Assembly: GCF_032191835.1 (NCBI RefSeq)
Contig: NC_083235.1
Location: forward strand, 37,014,001 to 37,078,000
DNA: 64,000 nucleotides
Origin: Heteronotia binoei
Taxonomy: Eukaryota
Direction: 5' to 3'
Shown piece by piece: positions 37,136 to 49,698 of this stretch; position 1 is the first letter of the stretch; the number at the start of each line of letters is the position of its first letter. A model generated the notes under the pieces. It had not been told where the DNA came from and did not search any database. It worked only from the letters and a program-made list of their open reading frames with translations. The position numbers were made by a program, and so were the translations under genes.

Positions 37136-37387
37136 TCCCCTGATCTGGATACCCAGGCAAGCCTGATCTCATCAGATCTCAGAAGCTAAGCAGGGTTGAT
37201 TCTGGCAAGTACTTGGGTGGGAGACCTCCTTGGGATACCAGAGTTGGAAGGCAGGGGCAAGTTTTATTCAGCCATCTCCCCGAATATCCTCCAAGCCCCC
37301 AGTAGACTGGCAGTAGTGGTCAGTCACCAGAGGTCACCTTGACTTCCAGATGCACACACAAACAAAAATAATATCAAAAATACAAAA
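37136..37387 (+). mobile_element. 5S rRNA-derived SINE with 15-bp TSD
   Basis: 37161-37252 aligns by eye to vertebrate 5S rRNA (GCCTGATCTCATCAGATCTCAGAAGCTAAGCAGGGT..AGTACTTGGGTGGGAGACC..GGC). A non-5S body and A-rich tail follow. TSD AAGAATATTGTTATA at 37121-37135 and 37388-37402. Confidence 0.85.
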
Positions 37388-37676
37388 AAGAATATTGTTA
37401 TAGCAATATATTGTTGTATCATTATACTGATACACTGTTGTTACAATAGGTGTATCAGGTTCTCTGAATTCCGAAGCTTTTTAAAAAGTGTTTCGCTTGG
37501 GGCATCGAACTTGCCTTTTACATGGGCTGGATCTGACATAAATGGGACTTTGTGGGGCTAGGCCAATTTTAAAAAGACTTGTGGAAAGGATGTGAGAGGA
37601 CAGGGTCAAGGAACATGGCTGCCTTGTACACCTATTGTTACAATAGTATATTGATACAATGATATTTTAGTGCTAA

Positions 37677-37987
37677 TGCTGTGGGGGAGCAGGAAAAAAG
37701 CCCTGCTTCCCAAAAGCATTGAATTTGGAGCAGATAACCCATGTGGAAGACCCATGTAGTTGGGAGAGGGGAAAACAATGAATTCACCTACCCACACAGG
37801 AGCCATTCAGGCTTTACCAAGATATTTCCCAAAAATTTGGAGCAAAGGAGGTTTGAGAAAGATCAGAGAAAAGCTTGGGAACCCCCTGCCCAATATACCA
37901 CAATGCTGTGGGGGAACAGAAAAAAACCCTGTTTCCCAAAAGCATTGAACTTGGGGCAGATAGCCATGTGGAAAACCCGTGTAGTTG
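37677..37987 (+). repeat. ~87-bp imperfect direct repeat pair
   Basis: ATGCTGTGGGG..CCCTG(C/T)TTCCCAAAAGCATTGAA..GCAGATA..CCATGTGGAA..CCC(A/G)TGTAGTTGG at ~37677-37763 and ~37903-37987. Confidence 0.8.
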
Positions 37988-38860
37988 GCTTCTTTTGATT
38001 TTTGAAGATACCAGTCTTGTCACGCGCTTGGATCTTCTAGTGCACAGTGATGGCTAAACCAGGAACAGTCTTTACCACCATCTGTTGAAATCTTTGATAG
38101 CCATTATCCAGTCACCACTACTCATGTCATTGTTGCTTTCTAGGAGGCCAGATTAGTAGAATGTGTTCTGCATGAATATGTTCTTGTAATGTCTCCAAGG
38201 TCAGCATTTTTTGTGTTTCCCCCATAACAATGAACAGTCAGCAACCATTCATGAACATGGGGAAAAGTAGGAGGAGTGATCAGGAAAATTCTTGGGACTG
38301 AGCTAGCTCCCAGTTCTTGGTACTCTTGGTTCAGAAGGGCACCGCTTGGCTTGTAATAGGGACACATTGTCTGGAGCACACTGAACCAGTGTTCCAGCGC
38401 CTGTTGTCCTGTGAGCTGAACTCAAGCTGCTGTTAAGGACGCACAAAACCAAAGGGATGACAGTCTTCATCCTTACGACCTATCACAAACCACTAAGATC
38501 AGCTGGGGAGGTCCTCATAAGGTCACAGCTGAAGCACCAGTTCAGGATTGTACTGAACGTATTTTCAGAATCTGCCCCCTCATTTCAAGACCCAAGACTA
38601 AAGCACAGCTGACATATTTTGGGATCAAGGTGGCTGGAGCTGCAATCCCATTCTTGGGTTGGATCCAGTGGAGGATTTCCACAGACAGGAGAGGGGTTGA
38701 TTTTCATTTATTTCCCCCCCCCCCCTCATGGTGTTCCTAGGGGGCCCCTGACTACCAAGAGCAGTATTTGGGAGGGACTTTTGGGCTGCAGTGAGAGGGG
38801 ATAAGGAGAAATGCCTGTTCCATGGACAGAAATCTCTTCTGTTGGCAGAAGTGTTCCTTG

Positions 38861-39069
38861 TAGGGTTGCCAGGTCGATGTTGGAAAATACCCGGAGACTT
38901 TAGGGGTGGATCCAGGAGAAGGTGGGGTTTGAGGAGGGCAGGGGTCTTAGTATAGTACAATGCCTTGGTATCTACTCTTCAAAGCAGCCATTTTCTCCAG
39001 AGGAGCTGATCTCTGCCAGCTGGAGATCAGTTGTAAAAGTGGGAGATCTCATGGAGGCTGGCAACCCTA
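38861..39069. mobile_element. hAT MITE, TAGGGTTGCCA family
   Basis: TAGGGTTGCCAG...CTGGCAACCCTA, homologous to 6295-6509. Confidence 0.8.
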
Positions 39070-39475
39070 TAACTTCCCTGAGATCCCTTAACAGTACCTG
39101 CAGTAAAAGGCACCCACAATGAGCAGAGCAACTATAATTATGGCAGGAAAACCCTTTAAAATAAAGATGTAGTTATAATTAAGTACATGCCAAGCTAGAG
39201 CAGTCCAGAGATCCATCTAGTTCAACATCCTGTTTCACGCAGTGGGCAACCAGATGCCATGGAAGGCCTGCAAACAGGGCACAGAGTCCACTGTCTCCAC
39301 TTGCTGTGCCGCCTCCCAATTAGCATACAGAGAGTTACTGCCCCTGAACATGGAGGCTTCATTTAGTCATTTTGGCTGATAGTCTTCATGACAGGCCTGA
39401 ACCACATGGGTTGTGCAGAGTACTCAGGGACAGTCAAGTCCCCTAGCTAATGTTTAACCTGGGCCTCAGTGTCAA

Positions 39476-39748
39476 GAAGAAGAAGAGGAGGAGGAGGAGA
39501 CTGGATTTATACCCCGTCCTTCACTTGGTGTCTCAGAGTGGCTTACAATCTCCTTTCCCTTCCTCTCCCCACAACAGACACCCTGTGACATAGGTGGGGG
39601 TGAGAGAGCTCTGGGAGAATTGCTCTTGAGAAGCAACTCTTCCAAGAACTGTGTCTGACCCAAGGTCACTCAGCAGGCCCATGTGGAGGAGTGGGGAATC
39701 AAACCCAATTTTCCCAGATTAGAGGCCATGCACTACACCAAATTGGCT
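39476..39748 (-). mobile_element. Squam3-like tRNA SINE with (CTC/CTT)n tail
   Basis: Homologous to 19598-19892. Confidence 0.8.
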
Positions 39749-39967
39749 GTCTAAAGTACAGTTTTAAATTGCAGCTGACTTTTGAAGGGATAGGTGATAG
39801 AGCAGGGTGAATTTAGCATAGCATTTATTCATTCCAAACCTATTTGGTGAAGCAGCTTGTAAATAATAATAAAAAAGTTTTTAACCACCCATCATACTTA
39901 GGATGGGGCTACACAAATGAAAAATGGGACTATGCAAAGAGGGGCAGACTTGATTCTCAGTGGCTAA

Positions 39968-40250
39968 CAGCTTAGTGTTGTGGTTAAGAGTGGCAGATTC
40001 TAATCTGGAGAACCAGGTATGATTCCCCACTCTTTCACATGCAGCTGCTGGGTGACCATGGGTCAGTCACAGTTTTCTCAGAAATGTTCTTTCAAGAGCA
40101 GCTTTTTCAGAGCTCTCTCAGCCCCACCTACCTCACAGGGTGTCTGTTGTGGAGAGAGGAAGGGAAGAAGATTTTAAACTGCTTTGAGACTCTGAGTGAA
40201 GGGCAGGGTATAAATCCAATATCATCATTCATCATCATTATTACCATCAT
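39968..40250 (+). mobile_element. Squam3-like tRNA SINE with (ATC)n tail
   Basis: Head GTGTTGTGGTTAAGAG..GGTATGATTCCCC; tail GGGTATAAATCCAATATCATC. Confidence 0.8.
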
Positions 40251-42097
40251 CTCTTCCTTCTTCTTCCCCATACAAGGCACATGGCATAAAAACCTTAAAT
40301 TCATTAGGTCAAAATTACTCATTCCTCAACCTAAATCTGAGAGGAAAGGTGGAAGTTCCTTGGGAGCCAGTCCTTTTTCTAACATTCTTGATCCCTCTCT
40401 TTTGATTGGTACAAATATATCTATTTTTATACAGTAGGGATAACTCCTCTTTGATTTCAACTTTGCCTTTGCAGGAATGAACCTGCTACTTACAAAACTG
40501 AAAGGACACTTTTTCCCTCCTAATTGGAAGATATTTGGAATAAATAGCATTTATCCAGTAAAAAGAAAAGCTTGTTCTTTTGGCTAAGATGTCTGAGCTG
40601 CTTTGTTCTTTAAAAGATCTATATTTTTGTTTCTGCCAAAGTAGAAATTGATTAATGAGGTATTCTGTTCCTTTAACCTTAGCAATGTATCTAAATTTTC
40701 TCATATCACCCTAGGGTTGTGTATGTGTGTGTGTGTGTGATTCCCTCCTCCTCCATAGAAATAAAGCAGTCCTCCTGACCTTTGTGTGTGTGTGTGTTAG
40801 TGAAATAAGAACTCTCTGTTCCCCTTAGAATGCCAGGTAAAAAGAGAAGCAGTACTGTGTCAGAGTTTGGTGAATTCTTATTCCACAGAGCTGGGTTTTG
40901 GGTAGGCAGCAGTCCATGAATAAATTCATAAACTTTTCTCCTCTGCCTCACCAGCCCTCCCTTTCCCAGACGTGAACCTTACTGTCACAAGCCCATCTTC
41001 TGACCAGTAATTCCCACATCTCTGGCACGTGGACTGTGTATGTGTGAGGGGGATGTCTCCTCATTCAGTAGCTCAGAGAAGACCCACTGGGCTTAGGAAA
41101 TGAGATGAGGGGGACATGCAAAGAAGGGAATGGCTTAGTGACGCAACCTTTTGCCACCTGAGCTTCTGATCCATCCATCATGGACACCCCAGAGGCAGCT
41201 GTCTGGCAATTAGGCATTCGCTGCCTGAAACATCACCACCCACCCCCCTTTGAAAAGCTGATGGTGGCAAAGACCTTGAATAAAATTTGTATTTATGGCG
41301 TGAGGCCCCCTCCTTCACCCCCACTAGCCAGGCACTGGAGTCACACTTGGCATGCCAATGTCCTCATATAGACTGTGTCCATCTGCCCCCTCCCTTTTCA
41401 AGTTTATTATTTGAAATTATTATTTTGTATTAGTTGAAGAGAGTCCATTTTCTGAGATTTGGGGGGAATGTGAGCTAACGACATTTTCCTTTAAAATCTG
41501 TTCCCTGAGAGGGACTGAATGCTTTCAAGTTTGCTATTGGTCAAATCCATTTGAGATTGTGTTTTGATCTCTAAGAAATCCTTGAATTTGGTACTGGAAG
41601 GTAAAGCTTCCACACATATTCCCTTCACACATGCCTTGGATGATTGGACCCAATCATGTTTTGCCTGGTTTATATTCCAATAAAAATATTAAGCGTGTGA
41701 GGGAGGGATAACCTATTTCCTCCCTCCCTTCTTTCCTTCCTTCCTGAAGTTGGCACACTGTGGAAGTGGAGGTTTCCTTTAAGGGAGAACTTGAGGGATA
41801 AATCCATATGCTATACTGAGAGCCAGAAATAGAGCCCTGGTTTAGTGGTTTCCAGCTCCCTTAGCAGGACCAGTATTGAGCTTCAGGGTCAAGTGATCTA
41901 AAATCTGCCTGCGGAGCTGTGGCCATGTTGTGGTGGGTTGAATATGTCTTCTAATGTAGAATACAAATCCTGAGAATCTGAATTTATAATAGTAGTTTAT
42001 AGTATACTACCTACCTTTCATGGCTGCAGGGTGTGGACAGTGATTGCTTAATGCTTTGTTGTGGGAGCCCTAATGGAGACTTCCAGAGGTCACAGGG

Positions 42098-42680
42098 TAA
42101 GAACACAAGAACATTAGAAGAGCCCTGCTGGATCAGATCAGTGGTCCATCTAGTCCAGCATCCTGTCTCACATGGTGGCCAATTATTTCCTCTGGAGGGC
42201 CAACAACAGGGTACAGAAGCTGAGGCCTGCCTCTGATTTTTTCTCTGGCTCTAGGATTCAGAGATTGTGCCTCTGAACGTGGAGGTTCCCCTTAGTCACC
42301 ATGGCTAGTAGCCACGAATAGACCTATCCTCCATGAATCTAATCCTCTTTTAAAGATGTTTTGTTCCTGTGGCCATCACTATATCCTCAGGAAGCACCTT
42401 CCACATTTTAATCACTCTCTGTGTAAATAAATATTTCCTTTTATCCAGGCCTCAGATTCACAGGAGCACAGCTCCTGAACCTTTCTGAGAGTTCCTCCTC
42501 CTCCTCCTTCCGAGAGTTTCACCTCCTTGTCCATTGAATAGTAGGAGGAGCTGCATAACAATCCCTGGATGAACTCCAGCACCTATTTTTCTACAAAATG
42601 ACCCCTGCTTTTATCTGTCCGGAAGCTACTGTGAGCTAATGACGTTTTCCTTTAAAATCTGTTCCCTGTGCCCATCAGTA
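42098..42680 (-). mobile_element. Older CR1 3' fragment carrying a MITE and a templated 39-nt insertion
   Basis: Tail AAGAACACAAGAACA. The segments TAGCCACGAATAGACCTATCCTCCATG and AATCACTCTCTGTGTAAATAAATATTTCCTTTTATC are homologous to 23944-24090. Confidence 0.75.
42446..42607. mobile_element. hAT-type MITE with perfect 8-bp TSD CTTTTATC
   Basis: TSD at 42438-42445 and 42608-42615; imperfect CAGG..TCA TIRs. Confidence 0.75.
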
Positions 42681-45108
42681 CTTGCTCAATACAAGTCTCC
42701 CTGCCTCCTTTTGCTTTCCTACTTTGGGCTACTCATTTATTGTACCCCACTCTTTGTATTATAGCTTCTAATTCTGCTTGGTCAGTAACAAAATTTTTTT
42801 GTGTATGTGGGTGAGGGTGGGGTCTGCATAAGAACACTAGAACTAATTGTACAACCCAGATGAAGATGCAAATTAAAGCTGAGGCTCAGGCAACAAGAAT
42901 GTAAGAACTGTAGTTGAATCTAGATTTTCCTGTGGCCTGGAACTCACTAGACAGCCTTGAATAACGGCTGTTTCTTGCCCTCAGTCGTCCATCTTTAAAA
43001 TGGGAATATTAATTTAATCCTCCCAGGGTTGTTATGAGGATGACTAGGAAAAGGATGGCAAAACATTTAACATGCTGAAAGTGTGATAGAAATGATTTAT
43101 AGCAATAATGAGTGTATGCAAATAGAGCAATTTGCATAATGTGTTCCAAAAAATGGCAAATTAACATAATTTTATTTGCGGGTCATGGAATTTGTAACAC
43201 AGAAATTCCAGACATACTTCCCAAGATTGTACACGGCGTTGCTGTTACTTTCATACATTAATTTATGTTTAATACATTAATCAACATTAATCTACTGCGC
43301 TTGTATTCCCCACCTTTTTTCCATGGAGCTCAAGGAGTTGTCATATTTTGTCCTGACAACAACCCTTTGAGGTAGTCAGACAAGAAGTAATGATTGCTCC
43401 AAGGTTATTCAGCAACCTTCAGGGCTGAGCAGAGATGTGAACCTGATTCAGCCTGCGGGTCTAATTCTTTGTCCATCACACATGACTCGGTAAGGGAAAA
43501 TATGGCTTTAGAGTAAGGGTGGAGGGCACTCAAGACTGCTGCTATGCTTAGGCTGAGCAACTGTGGGTTTTATCAGTGTCGAGAAACCTCCTGGGAAGCT
43601 TTGCTATGCTAGCTTGAGTTGCATGAAGGCATAAAGGCAGAGAGTAAATTAATAAGTAAATAAAATGCTATACTTGGACCCCAAGGCCCTTTCTGAATGA
43701 TCTTTATGTAATAAATGCATATTTTGTTGCTGCTGATTTGTTGTGTGAGAGTCAGACATCTTCCGCTGGACTACCGCTTCTGTTGCAGAGATTGTGTTTC
43801 TCAGAACTCAAATGGTAGTATTTTGCTGCTGGGAAAATGTAAATCTTGAAACCTACAGATTTACAATCCCAAATGCACTGAGGTTTTTTATTTGTGAAAA
43901 TATATTGTCCCCCCTTCCCTCTATTTCTATTACATTCCTTTTTCTGCCCTTGTCCAAATTTCAATTCATTCAGCTACCTGTATTTACCCAAAAGGATGAT
44001 GACCATGTGTGTAGGACAACCTTTCTAAAGAAATGTTATACGTAAGACAGTTTGTTTTATTACTTCTCATGTTGGAATCTCTTCAGGACCAAGGCCCATG
44101 CGAAGCACCATGTAAACAGATGGCCCTGTATAAATTACAAAATAATCATTAATTCATCCTCCACTAACTCATCAGTTTGTGGAAATTGGTTACAAAAGTG
44201 TGATGGATAGGGCTGTGATGAGTAAGATGTTTCTCTCCCCCTCTTAAGCCTTCCTTTGCTGCCCCAATCCAAGATGGGAGAGAGTGCTCATGTCTCAAGC
44301 AAAGTTACCTTCTCATCTATGGATGTTATAGGCTCTCCCTCTCTAGCAATAGAGCAGCAAGGCCTAGAACAGATATTTCAGCATAGCATTTGGTGCCTCT
44401 GCCTCAAATAACAGCCCACCCCCGAGCTCCAAATACCCACGGTTCAATTTTCCATGATTCTGTGGGGACCAGTCTCCATAGGGTATTATGGAGTGCCCAG
44501 TGGATATTCAACCTCCCCACATCTTTCTGATAACCTTGAAGTGGGGGGAAGGCCTCCAAACCAGGGAATCCCCTATTTCTATTTTGCTATTTCTGAACCT
44601 GGAGTTACATTGTGCTGCTGCTAGTGGTCTGGTGCTAGCAAAAGCAAGTGTTATGACAAGGAAAAAAATGTTTTTAAATGGTGTAGAAAAGCCCCTAGAC
44701 TTGAGACAGTCTTTGAAGAAAGCAACACAATATGTATGATGCAGAAGGGATTTATTTTCTTCAAGGTGGCTCACTGCAGAGCATGACGCTTTAACTGTGG
44801 AAAATTTGTGAGTCTGAGATTGCTTTTGATCTATCTGTGTTAGATGGGGGTGGGTGTTGAGCCATGTGGTACCTCTGAAAACTTTCATTTGTAGAGGAAG
44901 TAGCTTGATGAATGCCAGGGAGGGATGGGGAGAGCAGCAGTGCAGCATGAGGTAAATGGGGTTGGTCTGATTTAGTATGACTGCATTTACATTCAGAAGT
45001 TTACCATAGTCTAGGAATACAGGAATTGCATCTGTTGGGTATGTATATGTGCATGGTGGCCGGAGGAGAGTTTGGAGAACAGGCTGTTGCAGGTTTGAAT
45101 CATTTATT

Positions 45109-45242
45109 GAGGGGCAGCCAACGGTAGCTCTCCAGATTTTTTTGCCTACAACTTCCATCACCCCAGTCAGCATGGCCAATGGCTGGGGCTGATGGTAGTT
45201 GTAGGCAAAAAACATCTGGAGAGCTACCGTTGGCCACCCCTG
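45109..45242. mobile_element. Palindromic MITE (sister of 16508-16648)
   Basis: CCAACGGTAGCTCTCCAGAT...ATCTGGAGAGCTACCGTTGG. Confidence 0.85.
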
Positions 45243-46133
45243 ATTTATGTCATTTTGGTTTTGAGGCATTTGCCTGAGGTAGTGAAAAGAAATGTTTTGC
45301 AAAGGTTCATTGACATGAAAACTCAAGAGTAAACAAAAAAAATGGGAGGACAAAAATAGTCAAAAAAGCAAATGAAAAGAGTAAGCTTGAATCAAGTGGC
45401 AAAGAAGAATTTAACACATGTATTTTGACAAGAGTCTTTGTCAGAGAAAATGGTAATCAATAGACAAAAAGTTTTTACAAAATCAATATAAGAACAAAAA
45501 CATTCTGTAAGCAATTTGAACAATACAGGGCACAAAATGGATGCACTGAGAATTAATAATGGTTATGTTTTCTAATTTATTGTTTCGTGAATTTCATACG
45601 CTGTACACTTATACTAATGTTGAGATGACATAGCACATCCTTTCTGAAGAGCTATAAAACTGTCAGACTATCCTCCAAGGATAAAGACATAACTAGGAGT
45701 AAGGCCCGTTGTGAAGGAAAATACAACGGGCTCTAGAAAGAGGCTCTGAGCACTTCCCCCCCCCCCCATTGTCTTGTCACCCACCCAAGCGAAGCCATTC
45801 ACTCCCCCCTCCACCTCCAGGGGAGCTGATGTCTGTCATTTGGAGAGCAGTTGTAATTCTGTGATCTCTACCTCTCACCTGAAGATTCCCAACAATGGTT
45901 CCCTAGGCTGGTTTGCAGGGTGGAGTCTATGGCAATGTACCTGTCTGAGGTCTCACCTCTCCTCAAACCTCACCCTCTCCAGGCTCCATCCCTCAAATCT
46001 CTAGGAATTTCCCAGCCTGGAGTTGTCAACTGCTAAGTCACAGTGGCTGTCCTAGTGGGGCTGCTGCTGAACAGGAGCAAAGAGTCAGGCCTAGTTAAGT
46101 CACGGCAGCCAGGTGGCATCAAGTCACCTAGAG

Positions 46134-46645
46134 CAGGGGTGTCAAACATGCAGTTTGGGGGCTGAATCAGGCCCCCAGAGGGCTCCTATCAGGCCCTGAG
46201 CAATTGGCTGTCATCTGCCTCCTTCTCCCTGTATCTTGCTTCCTTCTGCATAACAGCTTGCTTTGCAAGGCTTGTTCAATTGCACAGGAGCTACAGAGCA
46301 AAACCTCTATTTGCTCCATTGGCTGAGGCTCCCCCCCAGTCCTCTGGGAAAGGAAGAAAAGAGCCAGTGCTTCCTTTGCCCAGGTCCCTGGATCCCATGG
46401 GAGAAATACAAAGAAAGCATCCTTAAGACCAATGAGTGATAACATTTTAAGCATGTTTTTAAGTTAAAAAAATACATTTGCATTTGTCTGTGTTCTTTAT
46501 AAAATTTATATCTTCTACCTAATCTTAAATAGATACACACATGGCCCAACCCGACATGGCTCAGCCCAACCCGACATGGCCCGGTCCCTCAAGGTCTCAT
46601 TAATGTCAGATCCAGCCCTCATAACAAATGAGTTCGACACCCCTG
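46134..46645. mobile_element. hAT (Charlie-like) MITE with perfect 8-bp TSD ACCTAGAG
   Basis: CAGGGGTGTCAAAC / GTTCGACACCCCTG; TSD at 46126-46133 and 46646-46653. Confidence 0.9.
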
Positions 46646-49594
46646 ACCTAGAGGGTGCTGCCAGGCCTAGGGTAGCCAACCTCCAGGGGGAAAGGAGAAA
46701 AAGGTAATGCCTCTGTGAATAATATATATATTTGAGAGCTGTTTTTTTCCAGTTCTTCTGCAAATTTCCCAGTTTTTCCATTGGGGAAACTGAAATAAAA
46801 AATCTTTGAAAGAAACACTGATGTGTTTTCCATTTTTCTTTTGCATTTTCTATCCCCACACCTCTAGGAATGCCACTGATTGTCAGACTCTGGGGACCAG
46901 TCAGCATGTGAGGGTTGTTATCTGTGGCCCTTCTTGTGGGCTTCTGTATGGAATCTGTCTGGCCATTATCAGAAACAGGATCCTGGCCTCGATGGACTCT
47001 TGCTCTGTTCCAGCATGGCTGCTGTGACATTAAGCTACTGCATGGCAGATTAAGAGACATTGTGTGTTGCATACAGCAGAAATGTGCTAAGCTCCACACA
47101 ATGGGGATTCCTTGGCTTCTTGTACTTTTGATTTAATGCTAAACTGTTGAAAGACTAGGTATTGAGATTTTCTGTACAGATTCACTAAATCTTTTAGCTT
47201 GTCAGGTGATACGTTTGCTTGCCACATGCTAATGTAATGTATGAAATCTCTCCGCAGCCTTGCACTTGACAGGTGGATGGTACCCAGGGACCCTGTCTAA
47301 ATGAGGGGCCAGATTGATTTCCGGGCCCTTTCTGCCTCCAGTGTGTTAGTGCCTGAGGCTCCACTTATCAGTGACCCTGCAGCGATTTGCCTTTTCTGCC
47401 TTCCTCTTGGTCTCATCATTACAAGGCATGAGAATGACATGTTGTAATTCTGAAAGGAAGACTTGTGTGTGTGTGTGTGTGAGTGAGAGAGAAAGAGAGA
47501 GAGAGGGAGAGAGAGAGAATCTCATTATCTTCGTGGATATTTCAGTTTGGGCTCACACTATTATTACCCTCCAGAGTCTCCTGATTTCACTTCCCTTTAG
47601 AGAGAACCAAAGTGTTTTTAAAATAGCTTATCCAGAGATTCTAGTCCTACTTCTGAGAAGAAAGTGGAATCTAGTGACTGTACTTGTTTGAAGTTGATGT
47701 TAGGAGACAATGGAGTAATGTCTTTAAGCTCTCAGTTCTGGAAGGTGGTCTAGTAACGCTCCCTCAAAGCTGTGGAGTCATAGAATCATAGAGTTGGAAG
47801 GGACGTCTAGGGTCATCTAGTCCAACCCCCCTGAGTCTTGTAAGCAAATATTCTACTTTGTGAGCTACTGGCATAAATTAGTTTGCCATCCTTCCTAAGA
47901 CAAGAATGTGTGAGCTCCATGAGTGAGGCTAAAAAAACTGTGAGCTAGTTCACACTAACTCAGCTTAGAGGGAACACTAGGGAATGACAGCCAAAGGCAG
48001 TGGATTTCTATACCCAGCCAGAGGTAGACAAACAGTGTGGGGAGTTTAATTCTTGCATTCCATCTTGCACTTACTGAAGCAAATTGAACAGCATGGGTGA
48101 CACATCAGAATGGGTGGCAGAACACGTTCTCTATGCTTATTGCAAAGTGGGAGTGTTCTGCTTGGAGCTTGTGTTCTGGAGGGTCAAATGCTGGACAGTT
48201 CCCTTGTGAGATGACACTGTGAGAAGAAATGGGGCATATGATCCCTCTGTGTGGCTATCCAACTGCCTTAAACCTCTGCTCAAAATGATTGTTTCCTGCT
48301 GCAGAAGAGCTATGCCTCTAACTACCAAACACTAGGACAAGCTAAAAAGGAGATCCTCTGGAGACGCTACACGAGACAAGGTGGACTTTTGTTCTGAACC
48401 AGAAAAGCAATTGTTCTTATCTTCCATGGGGAAAAAAATAGATTTGTGAAGTATCATGGGAGAACCCTGTAATGACCTTAACCCTGCCCCCTCAAATATC
48501 AGTGCTATGGCCCCAATCAAAAAATGTTTCCTGGAGTAAGGTTCTGACCTATGTAAGTGAGGAAGACAGATGGTTTCTTAAGAAGACGTGGCACTACATC
48601 TGATCTGCCCCTCCCCTCTGCTGCAGGCCACAAAGCTCCCTGAAGCTTTTTCTTGGAGACTAGGTGGACCCTCAGAAACAGCTTGGGGGGTGGGCTGCAG
48701 AGGGTGGGGGAATAAGCGGAAATCACCACCCCATCTTGAGAAAAACTTAAACATCATTGATTTTTTTTTGAGGGGGGGGGAGAATGTGTTGAATACTGGC
48801 CACTTGGTTTGCACCTCTTCCTAGTTCTGGACGCTCACTGGGTAGATCTTGATCAGAAATCCCCCAAATCTATAGGCATTCCTACAGCTAGGGATACAGC
48901 CAATGAAATACTGTCAGTAAGCTTTTCTTTCCTCCTTCAAAAATGAAGACAGAACCCAGGAGACCCACTGATTCTGTAAATGTACCTTTCTTCCACCTTC
49001 TTCTTTGTGGCTTTGTATAAATCAGGGATGAGAGATCAAGTTGTCTTCTGCTCCTTCTGCCTCCCCCCGCCCCCACCAGTGCCATGGGAATGAAGAATAC
49101 AGATTGGCTAAGAACTGTCTTGAATATTATTAATAAAAACCCCTTGCCTATTTTGTCACAGTCAGCTTCTGACTTCTGATCTGTTATTCTCTTCTTAAGA
49201 GATGGCTAGTTTAAAAATCTGGATGCTGGGAATCAAATTTGTCAGAAATGCAGGAAAAGCATTGCTTGCCTTTTATCAAAAGAATTTCAGTTCTATTTTG
49301 AAATATCTATCACTATGTTATGATAGAACCTGGTAGAATCTAGCTATTACTGTAGAATGTAGAGCTGTTAATAGATTATATTTTAGATGAGTTGCCTACT
49401 GCATTGAATAATTGGCAGATAAAATGCATGTATTCATTTGGAATTTTACTTCACTTTTCAGCCAACGTACATGGGTCTTCCAAAGCTACTTAAAGCAAAT
49501 GCATATCAACACAAATATAAATTCGAATAATTTAAAAGGTACTCTGTGAAGAGGTTTTGAGCTGCTTTACTATTAGGATTAACCAAATTGCCAT

Positions 49595-49650
49595 AAAACT
49601 GCAAGTTTTTGAGTTCTTTGGAACTCTTCATCAGGCTGTTATATAAGGCA
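49595..49650 (-). ncRNA. Degenerate minimal type I hammerhead ribozyme (Penelope-like relic)
   Basis: Minus strand: ATATAACAGC-CTGATGA-A-GAGTTC(CAAA)GAACTC-AAAA-ACT-T-GCAGTTTTAT. It has an intact CUGAUGA box, a 6-bp stem II and an 8/10-bp stem I. The GAAA box reads AAAA. Confidence 0.6.
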
Positions 49651-49698
49651 GGCAAAGGGGACCACAGCCAAAGATGGGGTCACCAGCCCTTCCGTACC

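Noticed and set aside
37161-37252. 5S rRNA gene
   Set aside because: It lacks the 5S 5' end, is diverged, and is fused to a SINE body with a TSD, so it is a SINE head rather than an rRNA gene.
38020-38560. Coding-looking stretch (e.g. MKTVIPLVLCVLNSSLSS on the minus strand), possible pseudogene
   Set aside because: All six frames have stops and I recognise no family. It needs BLASTX before any claim.
44508-45353. 281-aa minus-strand ORF, long for this base composition
   Set aside because: It has a TTG start, crosses a palindromic MITE (45109-45242) and another TE fragment, and has no protein motif or splice context. It is treated as chance, though a PhyloCSF or RNA-seq check would be cheap.
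46515-47099. 194-aa minus-strand ORF
   Set aside because: It ends inside a MITE and has no homology signature.
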